Positions 1 to 8,477 of a DNA stretch of 42,353 bases are shown here, in pieces. Position 1 is the first letter of the stretch, and every line of letters starts with the position of its first letter. Both the position numbers and the translations under genes were made by a program. Under the pieces are notes generated by a model. That model ran no database searches. It was not told the DNA's origin and saw nothing but the letters and a program-made list of their open reading frames with translations. This DNA comes from Bdellovibrionota bacterium (GTDB lineage Bacteria > Bdellovibrionota_C > UBA2361 > OMIW01): NCBI GenBank assembly GCA_044345055.1, contig JBIJBT010000014.1:1-42353 (forward strand). Reading direction: 5' to 3'.

Positions 1-77
1 CGAGTGGCTGAAGGCGCACGCTTGGAAAGCGTGTATAGGCTAATCCCCTATCGAGGGTTCGAATCCCTCTCTCTCCG
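1..77 (+). tRNA. tRNA-Ser(GGA), 5' end cut off by the window edge
   Basis: Anticodon arm CACGC-TTGGAAA-GCGTG, long variable arm, T arm GAGGG-TTCGAAT-CCCTC, 3' acceptor CTCTCC plus G discriminator; CCA not encoded. Confidence 0.95.
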
Positions 78-176
78 ATTTTCTGCGGTTTGGTCTGGTT
101 GTAAAGTTAAGGGCTACCGAGAGGTTTTCTAAATATTTCCTCACACGATTAATCGGAAATAGTTGCTCGAAAAACT

Positions 177-473
177 TTACTCTGTCGAACCTGCCCCTCC
201 GATCATACCGATAACTTCCTCAATACCAGCTACAAAGCTTGAAGCGAGCTGCCGACCAGTTGGCTGTTGATAGCTTCCATCTCTCACCGCGCTTGCGAGT
301 GAAGTTACCTTGGCCCGTTGTGTGGTTTCAAAGTCAGAGGCTACCCGAGCAGAAACTGCATCTTCACCTGAGCGGCTTTGATTTGTACCCTGAGAAACAA
401 CCGTTTGGCTGTTTTTCTTCTCTGGCACAATGACGCTATTGAAAGCTTCACCTGACAATTTTTTTATATCCAT
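177..473 (-). CDS. flgM: FlgM-like anti-sigma-28 factor
   Basis: 98 aa, low-complexity N-terminal half, C-terminal RAKVTSLASAVRDGSYQ...QLASSF resembling the FlgM KV..LK.AI..G.Y.....IA motif. Confidence 0.6.
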   Translation of the reverse strand: MDIKKLSGEAFNSVIVPEKKNSQTVVSQGTNQSRSGEDAVSARVASDFETTQRAKVTSLASAVRDGSYQQPTGRQLASSFVAGIEEVIGMIGGAGSTE

Positions 474-643
474 AGTTTCGCTTACCGTTTAATTATGGAA
501 TTTTTTAGGATCGGACCCGTTAGAGTTGTTAAAAAGCTCGGTAACTCTTGCGAGGGTTCATAAACTCATTTCGATACGCTAAAACAGCTAATGGAGGCAA
601 AAAAAACAGCTCTCTTCTCTTCGATCCTCTTTCTTCCAGCCGA

Positions 644-671
644 GTGTCGACAACATTCGTAAGGAACTTTA
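644..671 (-). promoter_or_regulatory. Putative sigma-28 (FliA) promoter for the flgM-like gene
   Basis: Minus strand TAAAGTTC-N12-GTCGACAC versus consensus TAAAGTTT-N11-GCCGATAA, about 170 bp upstream of the ATG. Confidence 0.35.
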
Positions 672-822
672 GAAAAAAATAGCGAGAGAGGAAAAATTTT
701 TACCCTAATTACGGTGTGTTACTTCGAAGCTGTATTTAGGCAACAAACTTTGGCACATTGCTGAACTTGGCCTACACAGATTTCGAGAACCAAAGCTTTT
801 AGCCGATAAGGAGTCACTTACC

Positions 823-1308
823 ATGACAAAGATAAAAAAATTCCCTCTTCTTTCGGTCGAAAAAATTGATGGGGGCAGAGACGCTTTAAAAATAGTTGAG
901 GAGCTAATTGTTCGGCTTGGATTCGATCCAGAGCTATGCGAGCGAGAAAAAAGCGTCGATACCGCAAGGTGGATGGTTGCACTTGACGATCAGAAGGAGC
1001 TGGAAATTTTAGCTGAGAACCTGAGGAAAGCTCAGGAAACGACTATTTATCTCGGAATAAATATCTGCACCGTTCCTATTCGCGGAGTATCAGATGTGCT
1101 TGCAGCCGCCCTTGAGGTCGCCGATGGTCTCATCGGGGTAAAAATTAGCCTAGTCGGTCACTACCTAGTCCTCAGCGCAAGCATGAGCGCATCAGGAATC
1201 TCTCTTGAGGAGCTGGATTACTACGTAAAACTATTGAATGCCCAAGAAGTTTGGTTTCGTCAGGAGCTGATGGTAGAACTTCAGTGGGACGGACTTCCAG
1301 AGGAATAG
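823..1308 (+). CDS. YbjN/CesT-like (type III secretion chaperone fold) protein
   Basis: 161 aa, acidic, apparent helix/strand pattern ending in an amphipathic helix (ISLEELDYYVKLL); AGGAG RBS upstream. Confidence 0.5.
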   Translation: MTKIKKFPLLSVEKIDGGRDALKIVEELIVRLGFDPELCEREKSVDTARWMVALDDQKELEILAENLRKAQETTIYLGINICTVPIRGVSDVLAAALEVADGLIGVKISLVGHYLVLSASMSASGISLEELDYYVKLLNAQEVWFRQELMVELQWDGLPEE

Positions 1309-1363
1309 CTCGTTCAGCAGAGAAATTCGTCGACTAGAGGTCGAATATCGGGGGTAAGCGCAC

Positions 1364-1439
1364 CCCTCCGGCGAGTAGGACTTCTATTTTCTTTGAAAAG
1401 ACGGCAAAAGGGTATGAGATTCGGGTGTTGCGGGCTTGA
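1364..1439 (+). repeat. 76-bp copy of the 3' end of the ATPase gene at 4440..6011 (other copy 5936..6011)
   Basis: Manual alignment gives 72/76 identity; similarity stops at the TGA stop codon. Confidence 0.95.
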
Positions 1440-1519
1440 AAAGGTTTCAAGGAGCGGATGGGAATCCCAAAAGCCAAAGAAATCGACACTAGGATCTCAT
1501 TCATATAAGACGAGGCGGA

Positions 1520-1714
1520 TCATCTTGAGGGGGTGGGCTTTAACTCAACAAAGAGCGGATTATCACTTTTGCGCCGACGCCCCACCTCCGCCAGTCGTCT
1601 CCGCATCGCGCCAAAGGGAATATCTCGTCCAAGGCAAAAAGAACGGCAACTCTCGCCACTCTCTTGGTACTCACGAATAATTCCCTCCCACTCTTCTCTC
1701 GTTATATCGCTCAT
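1520..1714 (-). mobile_element. IS66-family accessory protein TnpA-like remnant
   Basis: EEWEGIIREYQESGESCRSFC...FVEL matches the W..II..Y..SG.S...FC and FVEL pattern of IS66 TnpA; no tnpB or tnpC follows. Confidence 0.55.
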
Positions 1715-1805
1715 CAGTCACCCAACGATCGCAGTCACCCCAAATCAGCACCAACGACGAATCCGTCACGTTGAGGATATTGATTTTCCTACCGTTTCGC
1801 ACCCC

Positions 1806-1910
1806 TTCTTTGTTGAAGGTAACTTCCAAGATTACGAAGATGATAAGCGCAAGCGCTTAGGTGATGATGCTGTTCGCCCAACGCGCGCGCGGTATCGTAA
1901 GTTGGCTGCT
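1806..1910 (+). pseudogene. ettA: Isolated C-terminal fragment of an EttA-like ABC-F gene
   Basis: FFVEGNFQDYEDDKRKRLGDDAVRPTRARYRKLAA resembles the EttA/YjjK C-terminus (FFEGNF..YE..K...LG..A..P.R.KY++); no ABC domains upstream. Confidence 0.7.
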
Positions 1911-1972
1911 TCGTTCTTGCACACTGTTTGCAGGTGGAGCTGTAGTAATGGCTTCTTCTGTAAGCGGTCGTC

Positions 1973-3118
1973 TTAGCCAATGAATTCTCCGCTCCATAGC
2001 ATTTTGATAAACTCAGTGAACGGTAATATTAAAATACCGTGATCTGTTTTTCTCGGTTTATCCTCTAGCGAAACGATGATCAAGTGCTTAACAGCGGGAT
2101 AATCCTTTTTGAACTCAAGTAGATTCTTTATGTCGTTAGAGCGGATTTGTTTTTTCGCTTTTACTTCGAGTGCTACTTCTGCATCTCCAAGAATAAAATC
2201 AACTTCGCTGCCACTAGAGAGTCGCCAGTATGAAATGTCGTACCATAGGTCGCTATAGCGTGAATGTACAGAAAGTTCATGAAAGATCCAATTTTCAAAA
2301 GCCTTTCCATAATCGCTAGATCCCGGAAGAAGATCACCACGTCGTGCAAGGTGATTTACTACTCCTATGTCTCTAAAATAGAATTTGGGAGCGTGAATAA
2401 CACGGCGCTTCGGTCTGCTTGTATAAGCAGGGACAAAAGCGCCAAGCAATGTATCTTCTAAAACTGAAAAATAGTCCCGTACTGTACTTGTCGCAACTCC
2501 TGATTCTCGGGCTATATTGGAGTAGCTAATTATCTCGGAATCGGAAAGTGCTGCTAATCGGAGAAAATCAGAGAAGGCTGGTAAATTTCGTACCAGACTC
2601 TCCGCTAGTATTTCCTCTTTTAGATAGGTCGTAACGTAGGAACGAATAAAGGGTTTATGATCAGATTGCAGATAATGATTAGGAAGCGCCCCTGCATTTA
2701 ATGCTTTTTCAAGAGAGAAATCAGCGCCAATTTCAACGGAGGATAATCCTAGTAGCTCAAAGCGCAAAGCCCTGCCTCCCAGTAAATTCGCATGCCCTTG
2801 GCGCACCTTCCTTGCGCTAGATCCGCAAAGAACAAAGCTGCGCGACTCTTCTTGAATAAGATAGTGTACCTCGTCCAGAAGTTGGGGCACCTTCTGAATC
2901 TCATCAATTACGATTACTCGTCCGGCATCTATGAGTGCGAGTTCTTCTCTTAAGAGAGACGGTGCTTGCTTTAATCTTACAAGCTCATCTGTCTTAAGCA
3001 GATCTATTCTGTACGCATCTGGAAAAGTCGCTTTGAGCAGAGTCGTTTTACCCGTTTGGCGGGGACCCCATAAAAACAAAGTAGTTGAAGGTAAGGAGAG
3101 GCGTCTCTTGTAATTCAT
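1973..3118 (-). CDS. AAA_14-type ATP-binding protein with DUF4143/PD-(D/E)XK-like C-terminus
   Basis: Walker A GPRQTGKT, Walker B IVIDEIQ, CGSSARK, KFYFRDIG, C-terminal EVDF...LEVK. Confidence 0.9.
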   Translation of the reverse strand: MNYKRRLSLPSTTLFLWGPRQTGKTTLLKATFPDAYRIDLLKTDELVRLKQAPSLLREELALIDAGRVIVIDEIQKVPQLLDEVHYLIQEESRSFVLCGSSARKVRQGHANLLGGRALRFELLGLSSVEIGADFSLEKALNAGALPNHYLQSDHKPFIRSYVTTYLKEEILAESLVRNLPAFSDFLRLAALSDSEIISYSNIARESGVATSTVRDYFSVLEDTLLGAFVPAYTSRPKRRVIHAPKFYFRDIGVVNHLARRGDLLPGSSDYGKAFENWIFHELSVHSRYSDLWYDISYWRLSSGSEVDFILGDAEVALEVKAKKQIRSNDIKNLLEFKKDYPAVKHLIIVSLEDKPRKTDHGILILPFTEFIKMLWSGEFIG

Positions 3119-3162
3119 CAGCCCTACCGTGAATATGCATGTATATTAGCGACGATAGTGTT

Positions 3163-3191
3163 AATTTACATACAGATTGCCAAACTGTCAA
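3163..3191 (-). promoter_or_regulatory. Sigma-70 promoter for the 1973..3118 ATPase
   Basis: Minus strand TTGACA-N17-TAAATT. Confidence 0.55.
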
Positions 3192-3718
3192 TGTTCTTTC
3201 GATTGCGGTAATTTGGGAGCATTGCTCTTGCCCCCGATCTTTTAAAAAGCCAACGAGGTAGTCATTCAACTCTGTTCGGGATCAAGCGGATTTTTTCGAG
3301 TCAGTCGGTCAGGTTGTCCGAAACCTCCCCGCTCCCGTCCACTCGTCATTCTCGGGCTTTGGATATTCATATGAGCTAAAGAGCTAAGAGCCGAACAAAA
3401 CCTCGAGGACCTTTGGGAGCTGAGCTGTTTTGTGTACGGGGCGCCGCCTAATATTGCGATGGATAAATCTGTCGGGATAAAGGGCTTTCGGAAGAATCGG
3501 AGCTAATCTTCTGTGTCGGGTAGTAAAAGAAGTTATCGCTCAAAGCCCCTCAAGGGGCTGTTTCACATTTCCTGGAGGTAACGACTCTCTGAGGTTAGCC
3601 CAAATACCGACTTTTTGATGGCTTTTAATTTGAGGTAACTCGACGTTCATGATGCTCCGAGGAAAGGATAAATCCCTTATCAGAGAAGTGACCGCTGTCC
3701 TCTTTTCTTTCTATTCTG

Positions 3719-4276
3719 ATGCCACCCATCCCCACCCTCCATACCCCTCGCCTCATACTCCAAGGAGTCACCGCCGCGGATATCCCCGCTTACGAGCGTT
3801 ACTTTATCGACTATGCAGTTATCCGAAACCTCTCGGCTGCCGTTCCGTGGCCGTACCCACCTGATGGGGTATCTGAGTTCCTCACTAGCACCGTTTTTCC
3901 GCGTCAGGGAATAGATAGGTGGATGTGGGGAATCTTTGAACGGGAAACGCCGCACGAACTGATCGGCGCGATAGATCTGTGGCGAGAGGAACGGCCAGAA
4001 CAGCGCGGCTTCTGGCTCGGTCGCCCCTTCTGGGGGCGAGGCTACATGACCGAGGCAGCAACTGCGGTCAACGAGTATGCCTTTACTTCTCTCGGATTTG
4101 AGCGGCTCATATTTGCGAATGCACGGGGCAATGCCCGCTCTCGCCGTGTTAAAGAAAAGACTGGCGCGCGCCTTAGTCAGGTCTGTGCGGCGCAATTTGT
4201 TGATCCGACACTCACTGAACAGGAGCTCTGGGAGCTCACTCGGGAGGCTTGGGAGAGGTGGCGGAACGGCGACTAG
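3719..4276 (+). CDS. GNAT N-acetyltransferase, RimJ/RimL family
   Basis: PTLHTPRLIL start, GFWLGRPFWGRGYMTEA, NARSRRVKEKTG motifs. Confidence 0.9.
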   Translation: MPPIPTLHTPRLILQGVTAADIPAYERYFIDYAVIRNLSAAVPWPYPPDGVSEFLTSTVFPRQGIDRWMWGIFERETPHELIGAIDLWREERPEQRGFWLGRPFWGRGYMTEAATAVNEYAFTSLGFERLIFANARGNARSRRVKEKTGARLSQVCAAQFVDPTLTEQELWELTREAWERWRNGD

Positions 4277-4439
4277 GAATAGTAGAGTAATTTTCGCGGA
4301 TATGATGCACAATTTTTAGCGGATAACTATTCGGGCGCACTTATTCGGCGACCGGCAGATCGATAGGAAAACGAGTTGAGCAAAGGGGCGCTGCCAATTC
4401 ATTCCCGAAAGCCTCGTCATTCAATCGGAACAACTCGCT

Positions 4440-6011
4440 ATGCCTAAATTTTTCAACACCACCGGCCCCTGTCGAGCCGAAGATCACTATATGCTCGACC
4501 CGCTCACTCGACTGGGTGATATTCGTCGGCTTATAGATGATAAGCAGTACTTTGTTGTGCATGCGCCGAGGCAAACTGGAAAAACTACTACTCTGGATGC
4601 GCTAGCAAAACAGCTCACTCGCGAGGGACGGTATACTGCTCTTAAGTTCTCCTGCGAAGAGGGTCAGGCTTTTTCAGATGATATTGCTAAGGTTGAAGAC
4701 GCTCTTATTCACTCTATCATTGCTGCCGCTAGGATCCATCTTCCACAAGAACTTCACTGCCCTCCTCCACCGTCATCGCCCGAAGGAACAAAGATCGGCG
4801 CGTTTCTCGCCTCTTGGTCAGAGATGAGCCCACGGCCTCTTGTCATCTTCTTCGACGAGATTGACGCGCTCATGGATAGCGCCCTTATCAGCATTCTTCG
4901 CCAGTTGCGAAAGAACTTCCCCGACCGCCCCCACAACTTCCCCCACAGTATCGTCCTGTGCGGACTTCGCGATGTACGGGACTATAAAGTGCTCTCAGGC
5001 GGAAAGACTCACCTTGGAACCGCTAGCCCCTTTAATATCAAATCAGACTCACTCAGGATGGAAAACTTCACCCCAGAACAGGTGAAGGAGCTCTATTTGC
5101 AGCACACCGCTGCAACAGGACAGAATTTTACTGAGGAAGCAATCGCTAAAGCGTATGAACTTACCGGTGGGCAGCCGTGGCTCGTCAATGCCCTTGCAAA
5201 TCACCTCGTACGGCGGATGCAGATTCCAGTTACTCAAACAATTACCCCTCTTGATTTTGAGAAAGCAGCACAGGCTCTCATTATAAAAAGGGAGACCCAC
5301 CTTGATTCTCTTGTCGATAAACTCTCAGAGGATCGGGTCAGACGGGTGATAGAGCCGATGCTCGCAGGAGAGATGATTACCGCTGATTTTACCTATGACG
5401 ATGATGTCGCGTATGTGCGGGATCTTGGGCTTATTGAGCAGACTCACCCTGTGAGTATCGCAAACCCAATATACCGAGAGGTCATCGTGCGGGTGCTCTC
5501 TTCTCGCGCTGCTGATGCCATCGATTTCGAAAAACGCACCTTCATCACCCCCGACGGCAGCCTCGACATAAACGTCATCGTCGAGGAATTCGCCATCTGG
5601 TGGCGACGAAACGGCGCCTCGATGCTTCGGGGCACCTACTACAGCGAAGCTGCAGCACAGCTCGTTTTTATGGCGTGGCTCCAACGTGTCGTAAACGGAG
5701 GCGGCATCATCGATCGTGAATACGGAGTCGGGCGGGGAAGAATCGATATTCTAATCCGATGGCCCCTCCCAACCACTCCAACAAAATGGCAACAAGAAGC
5801 GTTCGAGCTAAAGGTCTGGACCGACGACACCACCGACCCACTCCCCGAAGGACTCGCTCAGATTGAGCGATATCTCGATGGATTATCGCTCAATCACGGA
5901 ACGCTCGTTATCTTTGATCGAAGAACAACCGCTCTCCCTCCGGCGAATAGAACTTCTATTTCGTTTGAAAAGACGGCAAAAGGGTATGAGATTCGGGTGT
6001 TGCGGGCTTGA
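4440..6011 (+). CDS. AAA-like ATPase with C-terminal PD-(D/E)XK nuclease-like domain
   Basis: KFFNTTGPC start, APRQTGKT, IFFDEID, TGGQPWLVN, C-terminal REY...GRIDIL...FELK...GLAQIERYLD. Confidence 0.85.
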   Translation: MPKFFNTTGPCRAEDHYMLDPLTRLGDIRRLIDDKQYFVVHAPRQTGKTTTLDALAKQLTREGRYTALKFSCEEGQAFSDDIAKVEDALIHSIIAAARIHLPQELHCPPPPSSPEGTKIGAFLASWSEMSPRPLVIFFDEIDALMDSALISILRQLRKNFPDRPHNFPHSIVLCGLRDVRDYKVLSGGKTHLGTASPFNIKSDSLRMENFTPEQVKELYLQHTAATGQNFTEEAIAKAYELTGGQPWLVNALANHLVRRMQIPVTQTITPLDFEKAAQALIIKRETHLDSLVDKLSEDRVRRVIEPMLAGEMITADFTYDDDVAYVRDLGLIEQTHPVSIANPIYREVIVRVLSSRAADAIDFEKRTFITPDGSLDINVIVEEFAIWWRRNGASMLRGTYYSEAAAQLVFMAWLQRVVNGGGIIDREYGVGRGRIDILIRWPLPTTPTKWQQEAFELKVWTDDTTDPLPEGLAQIERYLDGLSLNHGTLVIFDRRTTALPPANRTSISFEKTAKGYEIRVLRA

Positions 6012-6031
6012 TTGTATATTTTGTGCAGCGC

Positions 6032-6751
6032 TCAACCGTAAACCGAAAATCGCGCTCCCGGTTGAATAGTGTCATCGTGAGATACAACTATTGAGAATGA
6101 TGAACAGCCAGAGGCAAGGAGAGGGCCAACGTCGAGCGAGATATTACCCTCTTTGTCGGGGCGGACGGTTATCCGATTCTTGTCGGTAACTTCGCAGCCA
6201 TCAGCGATCGTTGCTCGAAAGCGTGAAGTGGATAATGTTTTTGATGCAATTAAGAAAGGGATAATACATGAACTATCGCTCGACAATTCCTCTTGGCGAT
6301 AGATAGTGTTCCCATCAAGCCGAAGTGCTGAGCAAAGCGCAGATTCGTTGACCTGGACCTCGAACGAATTACGATCGACGTACAACCCTGCGTTGTTCTC
6401 AACAAGTTCAGTTGAGAAAATGCTGGAGCCCGGTAGTGTGCGAGCAATCTCTGATGAAGTCTTATCGCCGACCGTCGCAGTAAGAGATGTCACGGCAGGA
6501 GAAAGCTCCATGGAGAAGGTACCCTCTGAGTCAGTTCGTGCTGAGACGATCTGTTGGCTATCATCAGATAATTTAACGGTCATCTCTGCATCACCGATAG
6601 GAGCACCTGATGAGCTACGAACCAGTCCGACAAGCTCAAAACTTCCCGTTGGTGATGTGCCAGTTGTCCCGCCACCACAACCCGCCGCAATAGATAGAAA
6701 ACCAGCGACGAACCAGCGTGCGAGATTTGTATTCAGGACCGGGGAACGCAT
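6032..6751 (-). CDS. Putative lipoprotein with carboxypeptidase-regulatory-like (Ig-type) domain
   Basis: Lipobox AAG-C followed by GGGTTGTS linker; G.V....G.PI..A...TD..G.F motif; overlaps the end of the DUF6502 gene. Confidence 0.7.
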   Translation of the reverse strand: MRSPVLNTNLARWFVAGFLSIAAGCGGGTTGTSPTGSFELVGLVRSSSGAPIGDAEMTVKLSDDSQQIVSARTDSEGTFSMELSPAVTSLTATVGDKTSSEIARTLPGSSIFSTELVENNAGLYVDRNSFEVQVNESALCSALRLDGNTIYRQEELSSDSSCIIPFLIASKTLSTSRFRATIADGCEVTDKNRITVRPDKEGNISLDVGPLLASGCSSFSIVVSHDDTIQPGARFSVYG

Positions 6752-7587
6752 GGTTTTCTTCCTCTTTTCTTCGGTTTTACTATTTTTGGTGGCTCTATAA
6801 CTGAACTAACAGAAAAAGACGAAACGGTAACCTTGGCTCGCTCATCGCTCTTTGGTGCCTCTGGATTTATGTCACGGTCAAACGCAGAAAGGTAGTTTCG
6901 GATATCTCTTTGAAATGCAGTACCACGCTCGAGCACCCAACGCCTAATCGTCTCAAGCGACGCTGGGTTTATGTTGTCATAAGAAGTTCTCAGATGAAGC
7001 GATGGAATTTCATCTTGTCCGGTGAGATTCACCTCAACTGCAAGAAGAAGATCGGCTAGGTCATCGCTTAAAATCTGAGCTCCGTGCTCGATATCTCCTT
7101 GCGGAGTGTACTCTTGTACCTGCAGCTCGACGACATCGGCATTGTATCGAATTGCACCGATCCGTTCGAGTTCAAAAAGTATAGGATAAGGGCTAACTTC
7201 TTTGCTTATTGAGGCGACTAGCTCAGCGAACTCACTTCCGTGCCCCTGAAAAGTAAGGGGGCGTGGCTTATTCGAAGAGTTCAGATATTTCGGGTTCTGA
7301 GACCACAAGCCGATAATTCGATTAAGTACATCGTGCTTTTCTCCAGTCCGAGGCTCACCCGAGAGTAATCGCCCAATCTCAACGCGATGAATACCGGTCA
7401 TAACGCTGATCTTACTGACACTTACCTCTCCCTGAACCTCCTTTATCGCCTCTTGACCAGCCTCAACAAACGCCTTTTTGATCTCTTGTTCGAGCTCCTG
7501 GATGCGAATCCCGCGAGCGATACAATACCGCGCGAGAGGCCGAAGGAGAGCCAGTATGATTATGGAAGGTGCGAGAATATTCTTCAT
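6733..7587 (-). CDS. DUF6502-family protein with an N-terminal HTH-like segment
   Basis: LLRPLARYCIARGI, KAFVEA, SVSKISVMTGIHRVEI, RIIGLW, F.ELV..I...IL.EL.R.G motifs. Confidence 0.75.
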   Translation of the reverse strand: MKNILAPSIIILALLRPLARYCIARGIRIQELEQEIKKAFVEAGQEAIKEVQGEVSVSKISVMTGIHRVEIGRLLSGEPRTGEKHDVLNRIIGLWSQNPKYLNSSNKPRPLTFQGHGSEFAELVASISKEVSPYPILFELERIGAIRYNADVVELQVQEYTPQGDIEHGAQILSDDLADLLLAVEVNLTGQDEIPSLHLRTSYDNINPASLETIRRWVLERGTAFQRDIRNYLSAFDRDINPEAPKSDERAKVTVSSFSVSSVIEPPKIVKPKKRGRKPCVPRS

Positions 7588-7596
7588 AACATCCTG

Positions 7597-7669
7597 ATTA
7601 TACCGAATAAGAAATTGCCAGTCAATTTTTACAGTAATTATTGACTAAACATTTCGACTCAACAATAAT
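7597..7669. promoter_or_regulatory. Divergent sigma-70 promoters whose -35 boxes form a palindrome (7620..7646)
   Basis: Minus: TTGACT(7625-7620)-N17-TATAAT(7602-7597). Plus: TTGACT(7641-7646)-N17-AATAAT(7664-7669). Confidence 0.65.
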
Positions 7670-7714
7670 AGCTGTTAGAAAACTACATTAATTCCTTTTT
7701 TGGAGATCAGTATT

Positions 7715-8398
7715 ATGAAAAATGCTTATTCACGAGCCGCTCTCGCCGCGCTTCTTATCGGTATTGTTGGATGTGGTGATAGCGGAGATTCCAGCGAGGC
7801 ACGAGTTCGGGTATTTCACGCTTCGCCCGATGCGCCAGCGGTTGACGTGCTGGTAAATGGAGGAAGAGTCCTCGAGAATGTCCCGTATAGGGTATCATCC
7901 GATTTTCTCCCCCTTGATGCGGGACAATCGCGGATTCAGGTAAACGTTGCTGGGACCGATACGACCGCTATTGACGCGACTCTTGAGCTCGCAGAGGACA
8001 CTGACTATTTTATTGTTGCAGCTGACAAGGTTGCAAAGATAGCTCCGCTTGTTTTCACGGCTGACCGAGAAGTTCCAGAGGCTGGAACCGCTCGGGTGCG
8101 AGTCCTCCACTCGGCAGCAAGTGCACCAGCGGTCGATGTTTATGCAACCGCTCCGGGCCAGGGTATTGCCTCGGCGACTCCCGTGCTTAGCAACGTGCCT
8201 TTCAAAGCCCTGTCTGACTACCTATCTGTGCCTGCAGGTTCTTTCGATGTGGCTGTAACCTTGGCGGGAACAAAGAAGGTGGCGATTGAAGCAAAAGGAT
8301 TGGAGATCCCAGCTGGACTAGTAGCGACGGTTGCTGCTCTTGATGCTCAGGGTGGTGGAGCCCCGTTCTCTCTTCAGGTCCTCGACGAGAGAAAATAA
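7715..8398 (+). CDS. DUF4397-domain lipoprotein
   Basis: Lipobox IVG-C, two repeats ARVRVFHASPDAPAVDV and ARVRVLHSAASAPAVDV; GGAG RBS before ATG 7715. Confidence 0.85.
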   Translation: MKNAYSRAALAALLIGIVGCGDSGDSSEARVRVFHASPDAPAVDVLVNGGRVLENVPYRVSSDFLPLDAGQSRIQVNVAGTDTTAIDATLELAEDTDYFIVAADKVAKIAPLVFTADREVPEAGTARVRVLHSAASAPAVDVYATAPGQGIASATPVLSNVPFKALSDYLSVPAGSFDVAVTLAGTKKVAIEAKGLEIPAGLVATVAALDAQGGGAPFSLQVLDERK

Positions 8399-8408
8399 AG
8401 AGCCTGCC

Positions 8409-8460
8409 AAAAAAAAGAAACAGCGAAGTCTCTCGGTCCCCAAAGGGGACGAGACTTCGC
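8409..8460. terminator. Intrinsic terminator between convergent DUF4397 and rmlA genes
   Basis: Hairpin GCGAAGTCTC..GTCCCC-AAA-GGGGAC-GAGACTTCGC (8423-8460) with an upstream A tract, which is a U tract for the minus strand. Confidence 0.8.
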
Positions 8461-8477
8461 GAAGCGGGGGCTTACGA

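Noticed and set aside
1354..1361. GTAAGCGC as an IS66 terminal inverted repeat
   Set aside because: No matching CGCTTAC end upstream of the tnpA-like fragment, and the ATPase-tail copy follows directly
1364..1439. DGR template/variable repeat pair with 5936..6011
   Set aside because: Only two of four mismatches involve A, and those A residues are in the gene copy rather than the putative template; no reverse transcriptase in the window
1393..1976. ORFs 1393..1680 and 1533..1976 as real genes
   Set aside because: They run across unrelated fragments (ATPase tail, antisense tnpA, ettA tail) and have no coherent product
3543..3640. Hairpin AGCCCCTCAAGGGGCT and repeated GAGGTAAC motifs
   Set aside because: Too short to distinguish from chance or an ordinary promoter/terminator element
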